64,000 bases of DNA from Setoptus koraiensis (GCA_048013815.1 CM106585.1:11532001-11596000); one strand, 5' to 3'. Shown: positions 1 through 12,922, counted from the first letter of the stretch. Program-made: numbers and translations. The notes: generated by a model from the letters alone, not told the origin.

Positions 1-60
1 TTGCACAGATTGCAAATAACGAATTGCGGATAAATAATTTGCAGATAAACAGACAAACGG

Positions 61-118
61 ATAAACTGGCTAACGGACAAACTGGCTAACGGGTAAACTG
101 GCTAACAGATAAACTGGC
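61..118. repeat. 16-bp tandem repeat (~3.7 copies, ATAAACTGGCTAACGG-like)
   Basis: ataaactggctaacgg / acaaactggctaacgg / gtaaactggctaacag / ataaactggcgg read directly. Confidence 0.85.
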
Positions 119-519
119 GGCCAGGCGGAGATGTCGGCAATGAATTAGAATAAAATGCGAGCCCTTCCTACCTGTTGTTGGGCCGACCACCGCCCGATCT
201 GATCATTCTGCACTCTGAATAACAACACTCTCGCTAATAACGCTCTCGCTAATAACACCGCGACCGACGACACTGCGAACGGCCGGCCGGCCGACTAATA
301 AATAAATAATAAATATTGTGTTACACTCGGCGCTCGATGTCAATCGTGGATTGTGTGGCCAGCCATATTGTGAAGAAAATATTGTGCGGCCGGCGAATAT
401 CCAGCAGCAATGCAAAGTGATATTGGCGCGTACCCGATCTGACAAATTGTGAGCAAATATCCGGCCAATTCTCGTGTTGTCGTGTCCGTCTGTCGGTCTG
501 TCATGCGCGGCCGCCGATT

Positions 520-570
520 CCGCTGAAATTGTTAGAGACTCCGCCGAAATTGTTAGAGACTCCGCTGAGA
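520..570. repeat. 21-bp tandem repeat (~2.4 copies)
   Basis: ccgctgaaattgttagagact followed by ccgccgaaattgttagagact and ccgctgaga; produces the SAESLTI repeats of the spurious ORF 203..595. Confidence 0.8.
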
Positions 571-885
571 TCGCTGAGGCTGGCCGGCTGGCCAAAATTA
601 CTATTATTAAAAATGACTAATGATGCTAATCTATTCAATTTTTGCATACGCTTTCCCCTATTTCTTCCTTGTTGTGCCGCCGTTGTTGTCGGTTGTGCTG
701 CCGTTGTGGTCGGCGATTGTTGGCAAACAGCGCACTGACAACTCTCAAACGGTTTACATCAATTTACATACAGGGCCGTCACTCGGGTCGTGATCATTAG
801 CGATTGACACAGCCGGCCAATAGCTGGCTTGTTGCTCGCTTGACGGGACAACAACAACAACAACAATCGATCGACAGTTGGCGTC

Positions 886-3800
886 ATGTTTTCGTCGTTG
901 CAGGGCGGCGGCCCGTTGCAACAGGCCAACGGCGTGCCGGGACACGCCGGCCAGACGGGCAACGGACAGCAACAATCGTCGTCGGGCGGTCTATTTAGCA
1001 AGTGGTCAAGCATATTCACGCTGGGCATGGCGAGCAGCAGCAGCAGCAGAGAATCCGATTGCGTCGCCGATTACGCAAACGACAACAACAACAACAACAA
1101 CAATGGCCGACAACAGTTTGCCGACGCCAACCAAGTCGCCGACCAGCACCACAAACTGGTCACCGAGCAGCGCCTCAGGTTGTTGCAACAACAGCAAGAC
1201 GAGCTCATCAGATGCCACCAGTTGCAATTGGAGGCCATGGCCATGGAGCACGACCAATTGATTCACCAGAAGGAACAATTAAAGCAGAGCTTGCAGGCCC
1301 AAAGTCAAGTCATACAGCAAGTGATACAACAATCAGCGAATCAGCAAGTCGCCCCCGCCGGCAAGCCCGTGGTCAAGGTGAGCCGCAGGAACAGCGCACA
1401 TTTTACAGCCAATTTCGTGCACAATGGTCAGTCGGGTCAGCAGTCGACAATCAGTCAACACCAGCAACACTATCAACCGCATCACGTGCAGGCGGCGGCC
1501 GCCGCATTGTCGCCCTCGTACCCGTGCCCGCCCATCGTCGACATAAAGTCGGGCATGGTGTTCAGCAGCAGCAGCAGTCAGCAATGGGGCCGCCATCAGC
1601 CAGCGGGCTACTCGACCACACTGGCCCATCCGCACAAATCCCGGCACAGAGTGCCCAGGCAAGTGGACGCACAATTCACTACAACAACAAGTTCCGCCAT
1701 GTTCGCCCTGGCATCGGGCACCGCGTCTGCCTACGGGAGCGCCGGCCCGTCCATGAGCGCCAGCCAAACGATAGGCCGCCGGCAGCGCAAGGGCTTCGCC
1801 GAGGCGGCACACGCAGCCGCCGCCGCCAGCTTCAACGATTGTCTGGCGGGCCGCGGCCGGCCCGTCAAAAATCAAACCCAACCGCAAAATTGCCTCGCCG
1901 GGGCGCCCGGAAACGACGGGCCGCATGCGCCCGCGGCGCAGGTCACAGGCAGACGATCCGTCAACAAGGTGTCGTCGTCGCGAACCATTAGCGCCAACTA
2001 CAATCCGCACGCGGTCACCCGGACAAACCACCGCCAGGCGGCGGCGGCCGCCGCAAACAACGGATTACAAGTGTCGTCGAGGCAGCACGTGGAGGCGATA
2101 TTTTCGCAGCCGACGACCGCGCTGTCGGACACCGCGGCCGCAATGGAGGGGCGTGACGGCGACGACAGCGAGCACGAGCACACGAACATGACCACAAATG
2201 GAGATTATTTGCACGTGCAAACTGGCGGCGATCGTGCCAACGGGATGTCGGGCAGCATGTCGGAATTTTCCGCCGATTCGCTGCGACGGTCACTGCTGGC
2301 GGGCGCCACAGGTACCGGCGGTAACAGCAAACACAAACAGCGAGCCAGCGGCAAGAGGACGCTGGACACGAACAACAACCACATCATGACAACAACTACC
2401 ACCACCACCACAGCCACCACCAAGTGTCAGTCGCTGCATTGCGTTGCGCAATTGGCGCCGGCGGCCCAGTGCGGCGTGTCCGCATCCGCGTGCGGTAAAT
2501 CGGCGCGACACCGGTACGGACAGTGCGATTATAACCAATTAATTGGCACGCGGAGCAGCGTCGACGTTGCGTCACTGTGCTCGGCAGGTGAGTTGCGCCA
2601 GGGCACAGGTGAGGTGGGTGCAAGTGACACCAGTGAGACGACAATCGCAGTGACTAACGAGCTCAGGCTGGCCTACAGAGCGGGCAGCCAGCGGATGCTC
2701 AGCAGCCAGCCCCGCCTTGCGGTGCCCGCGATGCCGCCCCATTATCTGACCATGGCGCCGCGCTCGGGCGCCGCCAGCAAGAAGCGCGCCCACCGGGCCG
2801 CCTCGACAGCCGACGAGCAGGCGACCGTCGATGCGCGGCCCACACTCGATCCCATAGTGGGGCCCATAGTGATCAAGAGCGGCAAGAAGAAAACCGTTAC
2901 GGGCACCATTGCGGCGAGCGCGGCGCTACCGGCCACGCGCCTGCCCAAGCGATCGTCGGTGTCGTCATGCGACGCGTCGTCCGCGTCCGCGTGCGCGTCT
3001 ATGTCGGCCGCAGCGGCGCCCGACTGCCCGGCCAAAAGGACCGCGAGCGTGTCGGCTGGCAAGGCGGCCAACAACCCGGGCACCGGCCCGGCTGCGCTGC
3101 CCCGGCTACCCAAGCCGGTGCCGCCGCCCGTGGTTCCACTGTACCGAGAGGTCGAGTTACAGGCGGCAGGGGGCGACCTTGTGGATGAGGGTGGCAGCAA
3201 TTATAAGGCGGCAGCTTATCAATCATGGGCGACCGACAAACAATTAAAGGTGTGCTTCGGCTCGCCCGAAACGCAGCCCGACGGCCGTTATAATAATAAC
3301 AACAACAACAACAACAGCGGAGATAATCGGGGCCAGTGTTGCTGTTGCGCCGAAACAACGACCGGCTCGGGTAAACAGGGCCAGCTTCCTGCTTGCAGCG
3401 CCGATTGTCGCCGCGCGCACGAAAACAGCACCAAGTCGGCCGGGCCGGTGGGCGCGCGGGAGCCCGCGCGCAAGGGCAGCGCGGGCGGCATATTGTCCTA
3501 CTTGAAGAGCCAGCTATTACCTAATCGGCTCATTAACATTAATACCGCCACTGGTAGCGGTAGTGGTAGTGGTAATATTGCAAATGACGATAACGATCAA
3601 TCTGTGATGTGCGATTATAATGAATTGAGTGCGTTAAATTGTGCACGCGACGACGCAAAATTGTTGTCGTCTATGCAAATTTTGTTGCCCGTGTCTAGCG
3701 GGCACACCGAACAACCGGCCAACGCCATCTATGATGTGCCCAGCGACAACTCTCAGTCAACGGGCACCGGCCCGACCAACGCGACTCCCGCTGGCGCCCG

Positions 3801-6303
3801 CAGTAATAATAGTAATAATACTACCAAGAATAACGGGCTAGTTGCGCAAAACAAACAGTCCGCCGACAGTAGGCAGTTGCGCAATTATGCGAGCTGCCAA
3901 CGGGCTCAACTGCCCTCGCCGCCGCTGCCGCCCGTCAGAGGGCCCGGCACAAAGTTAATTGGCTCTAATGACGCAAACGACCGGCACCAGAAGCAGCCCG
4001 CCAGACAACTCAAGAGCGCACTTAAATCGCCCAGCGAGCGAGCGAGAGCGCCGGCCCCCCACGGCACGCACGAACGCCAGCGGCAAACTGGGGCCCGGGC
4101 TCTAGGTCAAGGTTGCAGCGAGCCGGATAATTTGCGCCCTCGTGACGCGCCCGGTAGTGGGCGTACTTGTGGCTGGCCAACGGACGGCGACAGCAGCCAC
4201 CGAGACAACAACAACAACAACGACGACGACGACGACAACAACAACAGCGACGGCGACAACAACAACAACATCAACGGCGACAACAGCGTCGGCAGCAAGT
4301 CGACGGCGGCCGGCTCCGATGGCGCGCCAAGCTGCAACGGTGGCGGTAGGCGCACGGGCGCCACCAAAGTGGTGACGATCTGCTCGGTGCCCGAATACCT
4401 GCACGGGCCCGAGCGGCGCCTCACAGAGCGCACCGACGGGCCGCAGCGGAACCTCGCAGAGCGCACCGACGAGCGACTGGCCGGCCTGAAGTGCGGCCCG
4501 CTCCGATACTCGGGCGAGCTGGCGCTGAAAAACAAACTGACAGCGCTCACTTGCGCCAACAAATCAGCTGTTGCCAAAAAAACCATTGCTGGCGAGTGGC
4601 GCCACTACGCGGACGGCGCCGACGACGACTGGTTCGACGACGAGCACCTAGCGCCGTCGCCGCTGCACCTGAGCGCCCACTGCGACACCGACGACGACAG
4701 CGGCCAAATGTGCGAATCGCAGACAAAACAACAAAGTCAACAGCAGCCAAACAAACAGTATTGGCCAGCGAGCAAACAGCAGCACCAGCAACAACAACAA
4801 CAACAACAACAACGACGACAACAACAACAACAACAGCGCCAAAAAGATTGGCGAGATGACGCAATCGCGTATGCAGTTAGCGATCTAATTGACGCAAGCC
4901 ACTCTAGCGACAACTCTAGAGTCAACTGTCGGCTGGTCGCGGCACCGCTGGCCACATCGGTAAACAATAACAAGTTGCAAGTAAACAACAACAACAACAA
5001 CCTCGCTCGCTCCAGTGACGCCGGCGCCTCGACGCTGCTGCCGCCTGGCTGCGGGGCAGTCAGGTCGGCGCGAAGTGGGGCCCCGCGCCGTGACACGAAC
5101 GCGGACACGGGGCGCCAGAGCGGCCCGAGAAGCGATTGCGACGAGGCGGGCTGGTCGTCGTCGTCGTCGTCGCTGTTGGACGAGCACGTTTACGAGCGTA
5201 ACAAGCTGCTCATTGACGCACTGAAGAGCCTGCACAAACAAATGCTCTGCGACCAGCTCGACAGCGCCGCCGACAACAACAACGCCAACGACAGCAACAG
5301 CGACACCGACATTGACCATAACGGCAACAACAACAACAACAGCGCCAACAACAACAGCGCCAACAACAACAGTGCCAACAACAACAACAACAACAGCGGT
5401 AACAACAACAACAACAGCAGCGGCGGCGGCGGCAAGGTGCGATGTGACGGAAGGTGGCGCGGCGCTGACAGGCTGGCCAATGCGAGCGAGCGTCGTGACG
5501 GCGCAAGTGCAGCAAGTGGCGGTCTGGTCATGCCCGTTGGTTGCGCAACAACAACGGCGCCGGCCAACAACCACAGACAGACGGCGACAACATTGTCGAG
5601 TCGCAATTGGCCCATTGGCGCTCACTTGGACAACAACATCGACAGCAGCAACATCGACAACAACATCGACGGCGGCAACGGCAACAGTAACAGTAAACGC
5701 AACAGCGACAGCAACGGCAAACGCAACAGCGACAGCAACGCCAAACGCAACAACAACGGCAACATCGACGGCAAAAGCAACAGCCAAACAACGGCAGCCA
5801 AGAGCGACGGTATTGCACCGATGAGGCACAGTATTCATGTGAGGGCGTCGTCGTCGCATCATCAGGCATCAGCGCAATCGGACAATCGAGCAGAAACAGG
5901 CGAGCCGGCCCGAGCCAGTTTGTCAGCGAAACAGCAAAGCGCAACAACGAAGCAACACGAAACTGTAAATTTCAACAACAGCAAACAACAAACAGTCAGC
6001 GAGCAGTCGTTTTATCCAGTTGACAGTTGCCGAGCAGCGACACTCATTAGCAAGCCGTCAAAGATTGCGTCACAGTTGTCGGGCCAGTTGGCTGCACAAG
6101 GATCTTCGTGTGGTCACAGCAGCGTCAGCAACAGCAGCGACAGCAACAGCAGCGACAGCAGCAACAACAGCAGCAACAACAACAGCAACAACCACGAGAG
6201 CGGTCAAGCGGACCAGCGACAATCTTGCGGCGCCGCCAGGGACTTGAACGGGCCGAGGCCGCGCGACGACAGCGCCAATCCGGGCACCAACGGGGGTAAG
6301 TAG
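886..6303 (+). CDS. Unidentified large low-complexity (Q/N/S/A/G-rich) protein or giant coding exon, 1805 aa; N-terminal Q-rich coiled coil, proline-rich motifs
   Basis: 5.4-kb uninterrupted ORF. Heptad-like segment QRLRLLQQQQDELIRCHQLQLEAMAMEHDQLIHQKEQLKQSL; PxxP motifs (LPRLPKPVPPPVVP, LPSPPLPP); YDVP motif. A consensus donor GG|GTAAGT at 6296-6301 just before the stop suggests it may splice on. No domain recognised. Confidence 0.7.
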   Translation: MFSSLQGGGPLQQANGVPGHAGQTGNGQQQSSSGGLFSKWSSIFTLGMASSSSSRESDCVADYANDNNNNNNNGRQQFADANQVADQHHKLVTEQRLRLLQQQQDELIRCHQLQLEAMAMEHDQLIHQKEQLKQSLQAQSQVIQQVIQQSANQQVAPAGKPVVKVSRRNSAHFTANFVHNGQSGQQSTISQHQQHYQPHHVQAAAAALSPSYPCPPIVDIKSGMVFSSSSSQQWGRHQPAGYSTTLAHPHKSRHRVPRQVDAQFTTTTSSAMFALASGTASAYGSAGPSMSASQTIGRRQRKGFAEAAHAAAAASFNDCLAGRGRPVKNQTQPQNCLAGAPGNDGPHAPAAQVTGRRSVNKVSSSRTISANYNPHAVTRTNHRQAAAAAANNGLQVSSRQHVEAIFSQPTTALSDTAAAMEGRDGDDSEHEHTNMTTNGDYLHVQTGGDRANGMSGSMSEFSADSLRRSLLAGATGTGGNSKHKQRASGKRTLDTNNNHIMTTTTTTTTATTKCQSLHCVAQLAPAAQCGVSASACGKSARHRYGQCDYNQLIGTRSSVDVASLCSAGELRQGTGEVGASDTSETTIAVTNELRLAYRAGSQRMLSSQPRLAVPAMPPHYLTMAPRSGAASKKRAHRAASTADEQATVDARPTLDPIVGPIVIKSGKKKTVTGTIAASAALPATRLPKRSSVSSCDASSASACASMSAAAAPDCPAKRTASVSAGKAANNPGTGPAALPRLPKPVPPPVVPLYREVELQAAGGDLVDEGGSNYKAAAYQSWATDKQLKVCFGSPETQPDGRYNNNNNNNNSGDNRGQCCCCAETTTGSGKQGQLPACSADCRRAHENSTKSAGPVGAREPARKGSAGGILSYLKSQLLPNRLININTATGSGSGSGNIANDDNDQSVMCDYNELSALNCARDDAKLLSSMQILLPVSSGHTEQPANAIYDVPSDNSQSTGTGPTNATPAGARSNNSNNTTKNNGLVAQNKQSADSRQLRNYASCQRAQLPSPPLPPVRGPGTKLIGSNDANDRHQKQPARQLKSALKSPSERARAPAPHGTHERQRQTGARALGQGCSEPDNLRPRDAPGSGRTCGWPTDGDSSHRDNNNNNDDDDDNNNSDGDNNNNINGDNSVGSKSTAAGSDGAPSCNGGGRRTGATKVVTICSVPEYLHGPERRLTERTDGPQRNLAERTDERLAGLKCGPLRYSGELALKNKLTALTCANKSAVAKKTIAGEWRHYADGADDDWFDDEHLAPSPLHLSAHCDTDDDSGQMCESQTKQQSQQQPNKQYWPASKQQHQQQQQQQQQRRQQQQQQRQKDWRDDAIAYAVSDLIDASHSSDNSRVNCRLVAAPLATSVNNNKLQVNNNNNNLARSSDAGASTLLPPGCGAVRSARSGAPRRDTNADTGRQSGPRSDCDEAGWSSSSSSLLDEHVYERNKLLIDALKSLHKQMLCDQLDSAADNNNANDSNSDTDIDHNGNNNNNSANNNSANNNSANNNNNNSGNNNNNSSGGGGKVRCDGRWRGADRLANASERRDGASAASGGLVMPVGCATTTAPANNHRQTATTLSSRNWPIGAHLDNNIDSSNIDNNIDGGNGNSNSKRNSDSNGKRNSDSNAKRNNNGNIDGKSNSQTTAAKSDGIAPMRHSIHVRASSSHHQASAQSDNRAETGEPARASLSAKQQSATTKQHETVNFNNSKQQTVSEQSFYPVDSCRAATLISKPSKIASQLSGQLAAQGSSCGHSSVSNSSDSNSSDSSNNSSNNNSNNHESGQADQRQSCGAARDLNGPRPRDDSANPGTNGGK

Positions 6304-8430
6304 CCGCTCAAGTGTCCTCAATTTGATGGCATCCAATCCGTTGCCCAATATCCGACGCCATCCAATCCGTTGCCCAATGTCACCCAAGCCATGACAGCGA
6401 GCACACAATGGGCAATTTTGCGCTGGCGGCCAAATTATTGTGTCACATGACCGCCGGCCGTTATATTATCATGGCGCAATCAATGGTCACTGTATCATCG
6501 CGCAGCCATGAGCGATCATGCCGGGCACTTCCGGTTCTGCTAACACTGCTCATTGTCGTCTACGCACACACACACAAACTGACTAGTGGGCACAGTGAGA
6601 CTCACTGAGTGAGTGTACTCAGCATACCGAGTAGTAACTGCGTTGCTGCGTGTTTTGTTGCGTCACTCAATCAACTGCGACTAGCTAGCTAACGGTTGTT
6701 GCGAGCAGCAGTGGGGGCGCAGCAGCGTAATTAGTGGCGCTACTTACAAGTTGTTAGTTGCGTCATCGCTTGCTTTTTTGCTAGCTCGCCGTTGGCCCGT
6801 TGGCCCGCTCGCTCGCCGGCTGATTAAGATGGACGAGCTCGGGCCGGCGAGCCGGCCCGAGCGACTCCAGTGGCACCCATTGTCATGCCTGTCGTAGGTT
6901 GCAGTTGTAGCGGTGCGGCTATAAATTAACAAGTGCTCTCGTGTCGGCCCTAGGCCGGCCCGGCCCCAACAGCATCAATCATCGAGATTACACTGGGCCT
7001 GCCAGCGTTGAGGGCCCCAATTTGGGGCGCTTGCATTCGCACAGCGGAAAGCGCACAGCGGATGGGTTAATTTGGGCAACAGCGAAGCCACGTTAGTGTC
7101 AGTGCTGTGCGAATGGCAGCGCAATGTCGTTGCGTGCCGATATCGCACAACCACTTGTCGTCGTCGTCGTCGTCTGACATTGTGATCGCTGGCCACCTAT
7201 CGATAATCGCACACAACACAACACTCTACATACATACACGCCGCAATGATTATTATTAAATTATTTTCGGCCAGCGCCACTCACGGGGCCCCAATGTGAT
7301 TATCCGCGGCCTGTCGACAGCGAGCCAATCATGCCGAAACAACAAGCAACAACTTTAACTGTCGCGCACTGACACACTTACAGTTTAAACGCGCCACCCG
7401 CTAATCGGCGGCCTCACCTCAGGTGAGTCACCTGGCCAGTCATCAGCACGATGCTAGAATAACTGGCCAGTGATGGGCCCCCGTCTTTTCGCTGGCCCGC
7501 GCTGCCAAACACCAAGCCCGCTCACAAGCGTACATCTGCATACATCGAGATGTAAATATCGAGATGTCGAGTTGTTTCGCCAGGATTGCGTTTAAAACTC
7601 GCTAACAAGATCGCTTGCTGCGCGGGCCGCCAATTTGCCGCGCGAAAGCGGGGCCCCGCGCAAAAGCTGAAGCTTGTTGTGCGCCAGCGGAGGCCACTGA
7701 AAGCCAATATTACTATGTAATATTGCGACTGATTAGTAGCGCCACAACAAGCAACCGCGCATCCCGGTGTCGTTGATCATCAATCAACGACATTGCGTTT
7801 ATTGGCATGGTTGCGATAAAAAGTCGCCTCAAATATAATTCCGCGCATAATTCAAATTAATTTATTCGCATGGCTCCATGTCGCCAACAGTTAATGTCCC
7901 GTCGGCCGTCGACACACTTGCCGGTGCCATTGACGGGCCGCTGAGCCATTGGCTTGCCAATACGACAAAAGCAGACAAATGGCCGCGCCACATCATTTAT
8001 CACTCGCACCAGTTTTAACCGGGCAAATAACGGCAAATAATTTAACGGCTAGGCTCTTGCCGGGCGTGTGTGTGCGTACACAAACGGTCTCGGTATTGTT
8101 GTAAATCTGTCCCGAGGCGCACGACAGACACACTTGTGATGGCTTGAGCGAGCGAGCGGGCCCCATTATTACATTTCTCGTGGTACCATGCGTGCCTATT
8201 GCGTATGCGCCATTACCCGTACCCATACTATTACTCGGGCGTGATAGTATAAACAGGCTCGCTGGTAATGTTAGCTTGGTATGCAAACTGCTGCTGTATG
8301 CAAATTGGCACGTGCAAATTGCATTGTGCACGTATGGGCGCGCTAACAAAATTGTAAATGAATGATCATCATGTAATGATCACAGATTAAAAGGCGCCAT
8401 CTATCACCAATGGGCAAGCGATTTGATTAC

Positions 8431-8490
8431 GTCGTCGCGTCGTCGCGTCGTCGCGTCGTCACGTCGTCACGTCGTCACGTCGTCACGTCG
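8431..8490. repeat. 8-bp tandem repeat (GTCGTCGC)3(GTCGTCAC)4
   Basis: Read directly; the unit switches from G to A midway through the array. Confidence 0.9.
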
Positions 8491-8759
8491 AACTGGCAAC
8501 TGGCAGCTCGCAGCTCGACTGTCAAATGGTGCAAATAATATCTGTTGCAGCTTGTTTATTAACAATGACTCACTAATAAACAAACTGACAAATTTGGCCT
8601 CATGTTTATCATTTGCATCGCGCTCGACCATTTATAATCGCATGCGCGGCTCACGGGCACGACAGATGCAGCCAATAACTGCATTGGATGCATTCACCGA
8701 CACACCTGAGCCAGTGATTAGTTTTGTAGTGGACAGGTACGGTTGCAATGGCGACATGG

Positions 8760-8802
8760 CCATGTTGCGACGCTGCCATGTTGCGACGCTGCCATGTTGC
8801 GA
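8760..8802. repeat. 16-bp tandem repeat CCATGTTGCGACGCTG (~2.7 copies)
   Basis: ccatgttgcgacgctg ccatgttgcgacgctg ccatgttgcga. Confidence 0.85.
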
Positions 8803-11800
8803 TATCGCACCAACCGGCCGGCGGATAATTGACATTTATTAATTGTTGCGTCGCCGGCGGCGATCGTCGCAAGATCACTCTCGAGTCAAACCGTTGCGCC
8901 ACAATGGTCCAACTCGAAGCCGATCTCTCCCAAAAGCGACCGCTCCCAAAAGCGATCTCTCCCAAAGGCTCGCTGATCATAACTGATCATGACCGACGGT
9001 GGCGCCTCTGCGTCTCAATCGAGCATTACCGAATATCACCGTATTATATATCATTCGTGCGCCAATATTGTATTATCCGTCCGCTCATACAATATCCGCG
9101 CGGTATCAGATGTCCGTGCGGTGCAGCAAGTCGCCAAAAAATGCATTGGCGATGCATGGGCGCCAGTGGACCCCGGTGCACTTGTCGCTCACCGGGCGGA
9201 CACTGGCACGTCACTGGTGCATCGCTGGTGCGCATCGCTGGTGTGCACCAGTGATATACCGGTGGTCGGTGTCACCATCGGTGGTGTGTGAGTGGTGCTG
9301 GCGACAACAGCGAGCGATGAGGGGTCAAGGGGCCGAGCGTGGTCATCAATGGCCGGCGTCGTGTCGATGATTGGCCGCACAAAAATGAACTCGAGCGCGT
9401 GAACCTAATGAACTCGCTCTTTTGGGGGCCACTCTTTCGACGCTCTCTGGCGCGCTTTTGAGGCCCTTCTGAGGCCCGTTTGAGGCCCTTTTGACACTCT
9501 TTGATGACATTTTACAATGCCATCTGGCAGGCCAGTTGGTCGCCCACGACACCAGACAGGACACTTTGCGCTCACCTGATCGTGTCTTCTGGGAATTTGT
9601 CTCGCTGTGCTGGCTTCGCCCAGTTTGCTCGCCCCCACTAAAACGGGCGCCCGTTTTAACTGTTGCCAGATGCAAGAACCTCTGACAGAGCCAGCAACAA
9701 ACCGTCCATTATTGCCCTTGTTTGTTCTTCCAGACTCTGGCAAGCTCTGGCAAACTTGGGCAAACTCTGGCCATGACAGCGAGTTAACCATATCTGGCAA
9801 CACACACACACACACACACACGACGAGTTACCTGTGCCAGGTAACTGTGACAGGTAGCTCGCCGTGCGACTGCTGGCGGCGCTCCATTTGAGCTGGCGCT
9901 TATTTGAGAGCCATTTGAGGGCCAGCCGATACAGAGGCTGTGCCGCTTGCAACAACAATCGCCACTTGGCCCCTTTGTGTACCATTTGTGTGATATATGA
10001 TATATATGCGGGGCCTATGGGGGCAACCTGACACTGCAAGCGTACGTCAGAGCGGGGAGATTGATGGGTTGCGCTCATGTCGGCTGACCGTGACCATGCC
10101 CAATTGTTTCAATGCTATTCAATGCTTTTCAATGGTTGCCCCGGTGGATAATCTTTTAAATTCGGCATCGCAACCAAGGGCCTCCATTGGCCAAGCGCCG
10201 CTGCCAATCTGAACTTGGCAGTGGCATTTATCTTGCTCTTGTAACTGCATTTGTGCAGGCACATCATGGTCGTAGTTGCGGGCCTCTCTCTCTCTCATCG
10301 GCGGTAATTGATGGTGCCCGCTCCGTTGCTTGGGCCAACATTATCGCTGGTCTCGTCTCGTTCACACGTTCGGCCGGGCGCCCAAACGATGATGACCCCG
10401 ATGATACACGCAACGATGATACACACACAATCACAATATTCAATTATGATACTCCATGAGATCTCTGTCCGCCAGTGGCTAATCCCGGACACCGGCGGCC
10501 ACAATTGGAGGCCGTTGCACCCAAACTTTTCAAGTGTCCGAGCGGCTCGAGCCCGAGCGACTCGGCCCGAGCGACGGTGCGCCGCATAAACATCGCGGGC
10601 CCGCCGCGTATGTTTATAAACGCCAACTGTGAGCTTACGCAATAGTGAGCAAATACATTTACAGCATGCAGCAATAATAAACTTGCATTAACATTTGCAT
10701 GCCAACATACGCACAATTGCCAACAATTGCGTCATTCACTAGCTAGTGACACAATGATAGTGTTTATTGATGAGGGCCCTCTCTTGTCATCAATAAACTC
10801 GCGCCATCAGCGGCCACACTGACCAGTGCCCAAATGACTATGACCTCTTGTTACAGCCGACACAGCGACAACAGCGACGACAACACAAAATATGATTGCT
10901 CTTGTCCATAGGTCATTCGATGTAACTGCTGCCCGCCAGGTGAACCCAGGCTCAGTGGCCAGACACAGTGCACAGGTGAGCGGGGGGGGGGGGCAAGAAT
11001 AAAATAAACTTGACCCCGCATTTTGATTATTGTCAACAATGACATCGTCGGGTGACCGCAACACACACACACACACACACACACAATAACGTCATGTGAC
11101 AATATGACGACAATTGGTTGTGCCGGCCGCTGTTGACGCTGTTGACAGGCTGCGCCGGTACTAATTCAATAACGACACACTCACTATCTATTAGTTGGTA
11201 TCTAATAGACTGATGGACAGTATCTGCGTGTTTGTGTCGTTAGCCATACGCCACCAATGGCCCGTTGCGGCATTGCGGGCCCATCGCCAGCGTCGGCCAT
11301 CCGCATCGCCCGTCGGTGCTGGCCAGCTCGACGCTCGAGCGAGTTGGTTAGCTGGCCAGCGCCCATCTGACTTTATTGCCTGGCTGTGTGTATTTAAATT
11401 GGGCACAAGCAGCCGTCGGGCCATCTACCCATCGAGCCGGCAACACGCATTGCGGGGCTGGTCGCGTATATTAACGCATAAACCCATTTTGGGTTACCCG
11501 AGACAGTGCATCTCCTCTAGAGTATGCAAACTCGACAACTGTCTCGACAACTGTCTCGAGACTTGACAACTGTCGCGAGCCAACTAATCGATGATGTGAA
11601 CCACAACGACTCTCGCCGGCTCTCGTCCGTCCGACGCAACTCTCAACTGACAGCTTGCGAGCTGTTCGAGGCACTTGCCCCGACCACAAGATGCCTTATT
11701 TTTATTGCCGTTGTTGTTGTTGTTGTCGTTGTCGGCGTGCACTTGTTAAGCCCGGTGCACTCGCTCGCTCGTTTGCTTGCCGTACGCTCGTCGCTCACCT

Positions 11801-12059
11801 GTCCGATAGATGGGAGTAGGCCAGAGTAAATAGAGCAATAGATTAATTGCAGCAAGCTGCACGGCCGCACCGGTGCACTGTGACTCATTGACCCACGCAC
11901 CAGGTAAACAGCAACAATAACAACAACATGCCGTCCATTACTTGGCATGTGTGTATGTCGACATGTATACACTAATTCACAGTAATGCTGCATTTGGCTG
12001 GCAATTTTGTGTCTCCATACCGCACACAGACCATACGACACTGCGTAGGTGTTTGCCTC

Positions 12060-12132
12060 ACGAACCTCGCGAACCTCATAAACGTCGCGAACCTCACAAA
12101 TCTCGCAAACGCTGCGGACCTCGCGGACCTCG
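12060..12132. repeat. Degenerate 9-bp tandem repeat (CGAACCTCG/CGGACCTCG-like)
   Basis: cgaacctcg cgaacctca taaacgtcg cgaacctca caaatctcg caaacgctg cggacctcg cggacctcg. Confidence 0.7.
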
Positions 12133-12909
12133 GCAGCGGCCCGAGCGGCCGTGTAAGCGATACCAACTGCGCGGCCGGCCACAATTCAGCGACCGGTATT
12201 TACCGAGAAAGCCAAATCAATCTAATTTTAGTGGGGCGCTTTAGTGGAGATAAATAAAATCTCTCCTGGCCCGTAGGACACTTTTCTGTGTCGGCATGTT
12301 TGCCAGTTGGCGAGCCTGCGAATAGGGGACCCGTGAACCGCGGCACTGTCTACACTGTTTGGGGCGCTGTTTACTTTGGCTAGGTGTGGTGCCGTCTGCT
12401 TTTTCTGTCCGTCTTTTTTTTTTTTTTTGTTATTATTTTACCATTGGCTGGTAACTTCAGTTTCAGCACAACAAACGATAAATTTATGCGCGCCAATTCG
12501 CCGTTTACGAGCACCTAAAACTAAATAAGAATTGTCTCATTGATGGCCACAAATCAACAACAACACCAACGACTCCATTTATACTTACACGGCCCTATGC
12601 GCTTTATATGTTTATGGGGCCCCATTTTGGCTTGCGATATTGGCCCCTAATAAAGGCTAAAGTGTATGTATAACGTGGGTACAGTGTATAAGACAGCCTA
12701 TAAGACTATCCAGTCGGTGTGACTAGCCAGTGTGACAAGTCGCGCAATATCAATCAATTTCAGCCCGGCCAACTAACCCTATATGCTTGCGTCAGGATAT
12801 TCCAGGCCGACAGCCCGGCTGGCTGGTAGCCAGTGGGGCAATAATAAGCAGGGCAGGGGGAAAATAGGGCCAAAATAGACACTGTCGCGCATGTAACACG
12901 ACTAGGCAC

Positions 12910-12922
12910 TTGTTGTTGTCGT

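Noticed and set aside
203-595. 130-aa ORF with SAESLTI repeats
   Set aside because: Produced by 11- and 21-bp tandem repeats; no recognisable protein features.
878-6408. Many overlapping poly-T/V/C/L/R ORFs on both strands
   Set aside because: Alternative-frame and antisense shadows of the AAC/CAA/GAC repeats in the GC-rich 1805-aa ORF.
7384-7422. Candidate 39-nt micro-exon (ttacag|...cag|gtgagt)
   Set aside because: Gives an immediate stop in the phase required by the donor at 6296.
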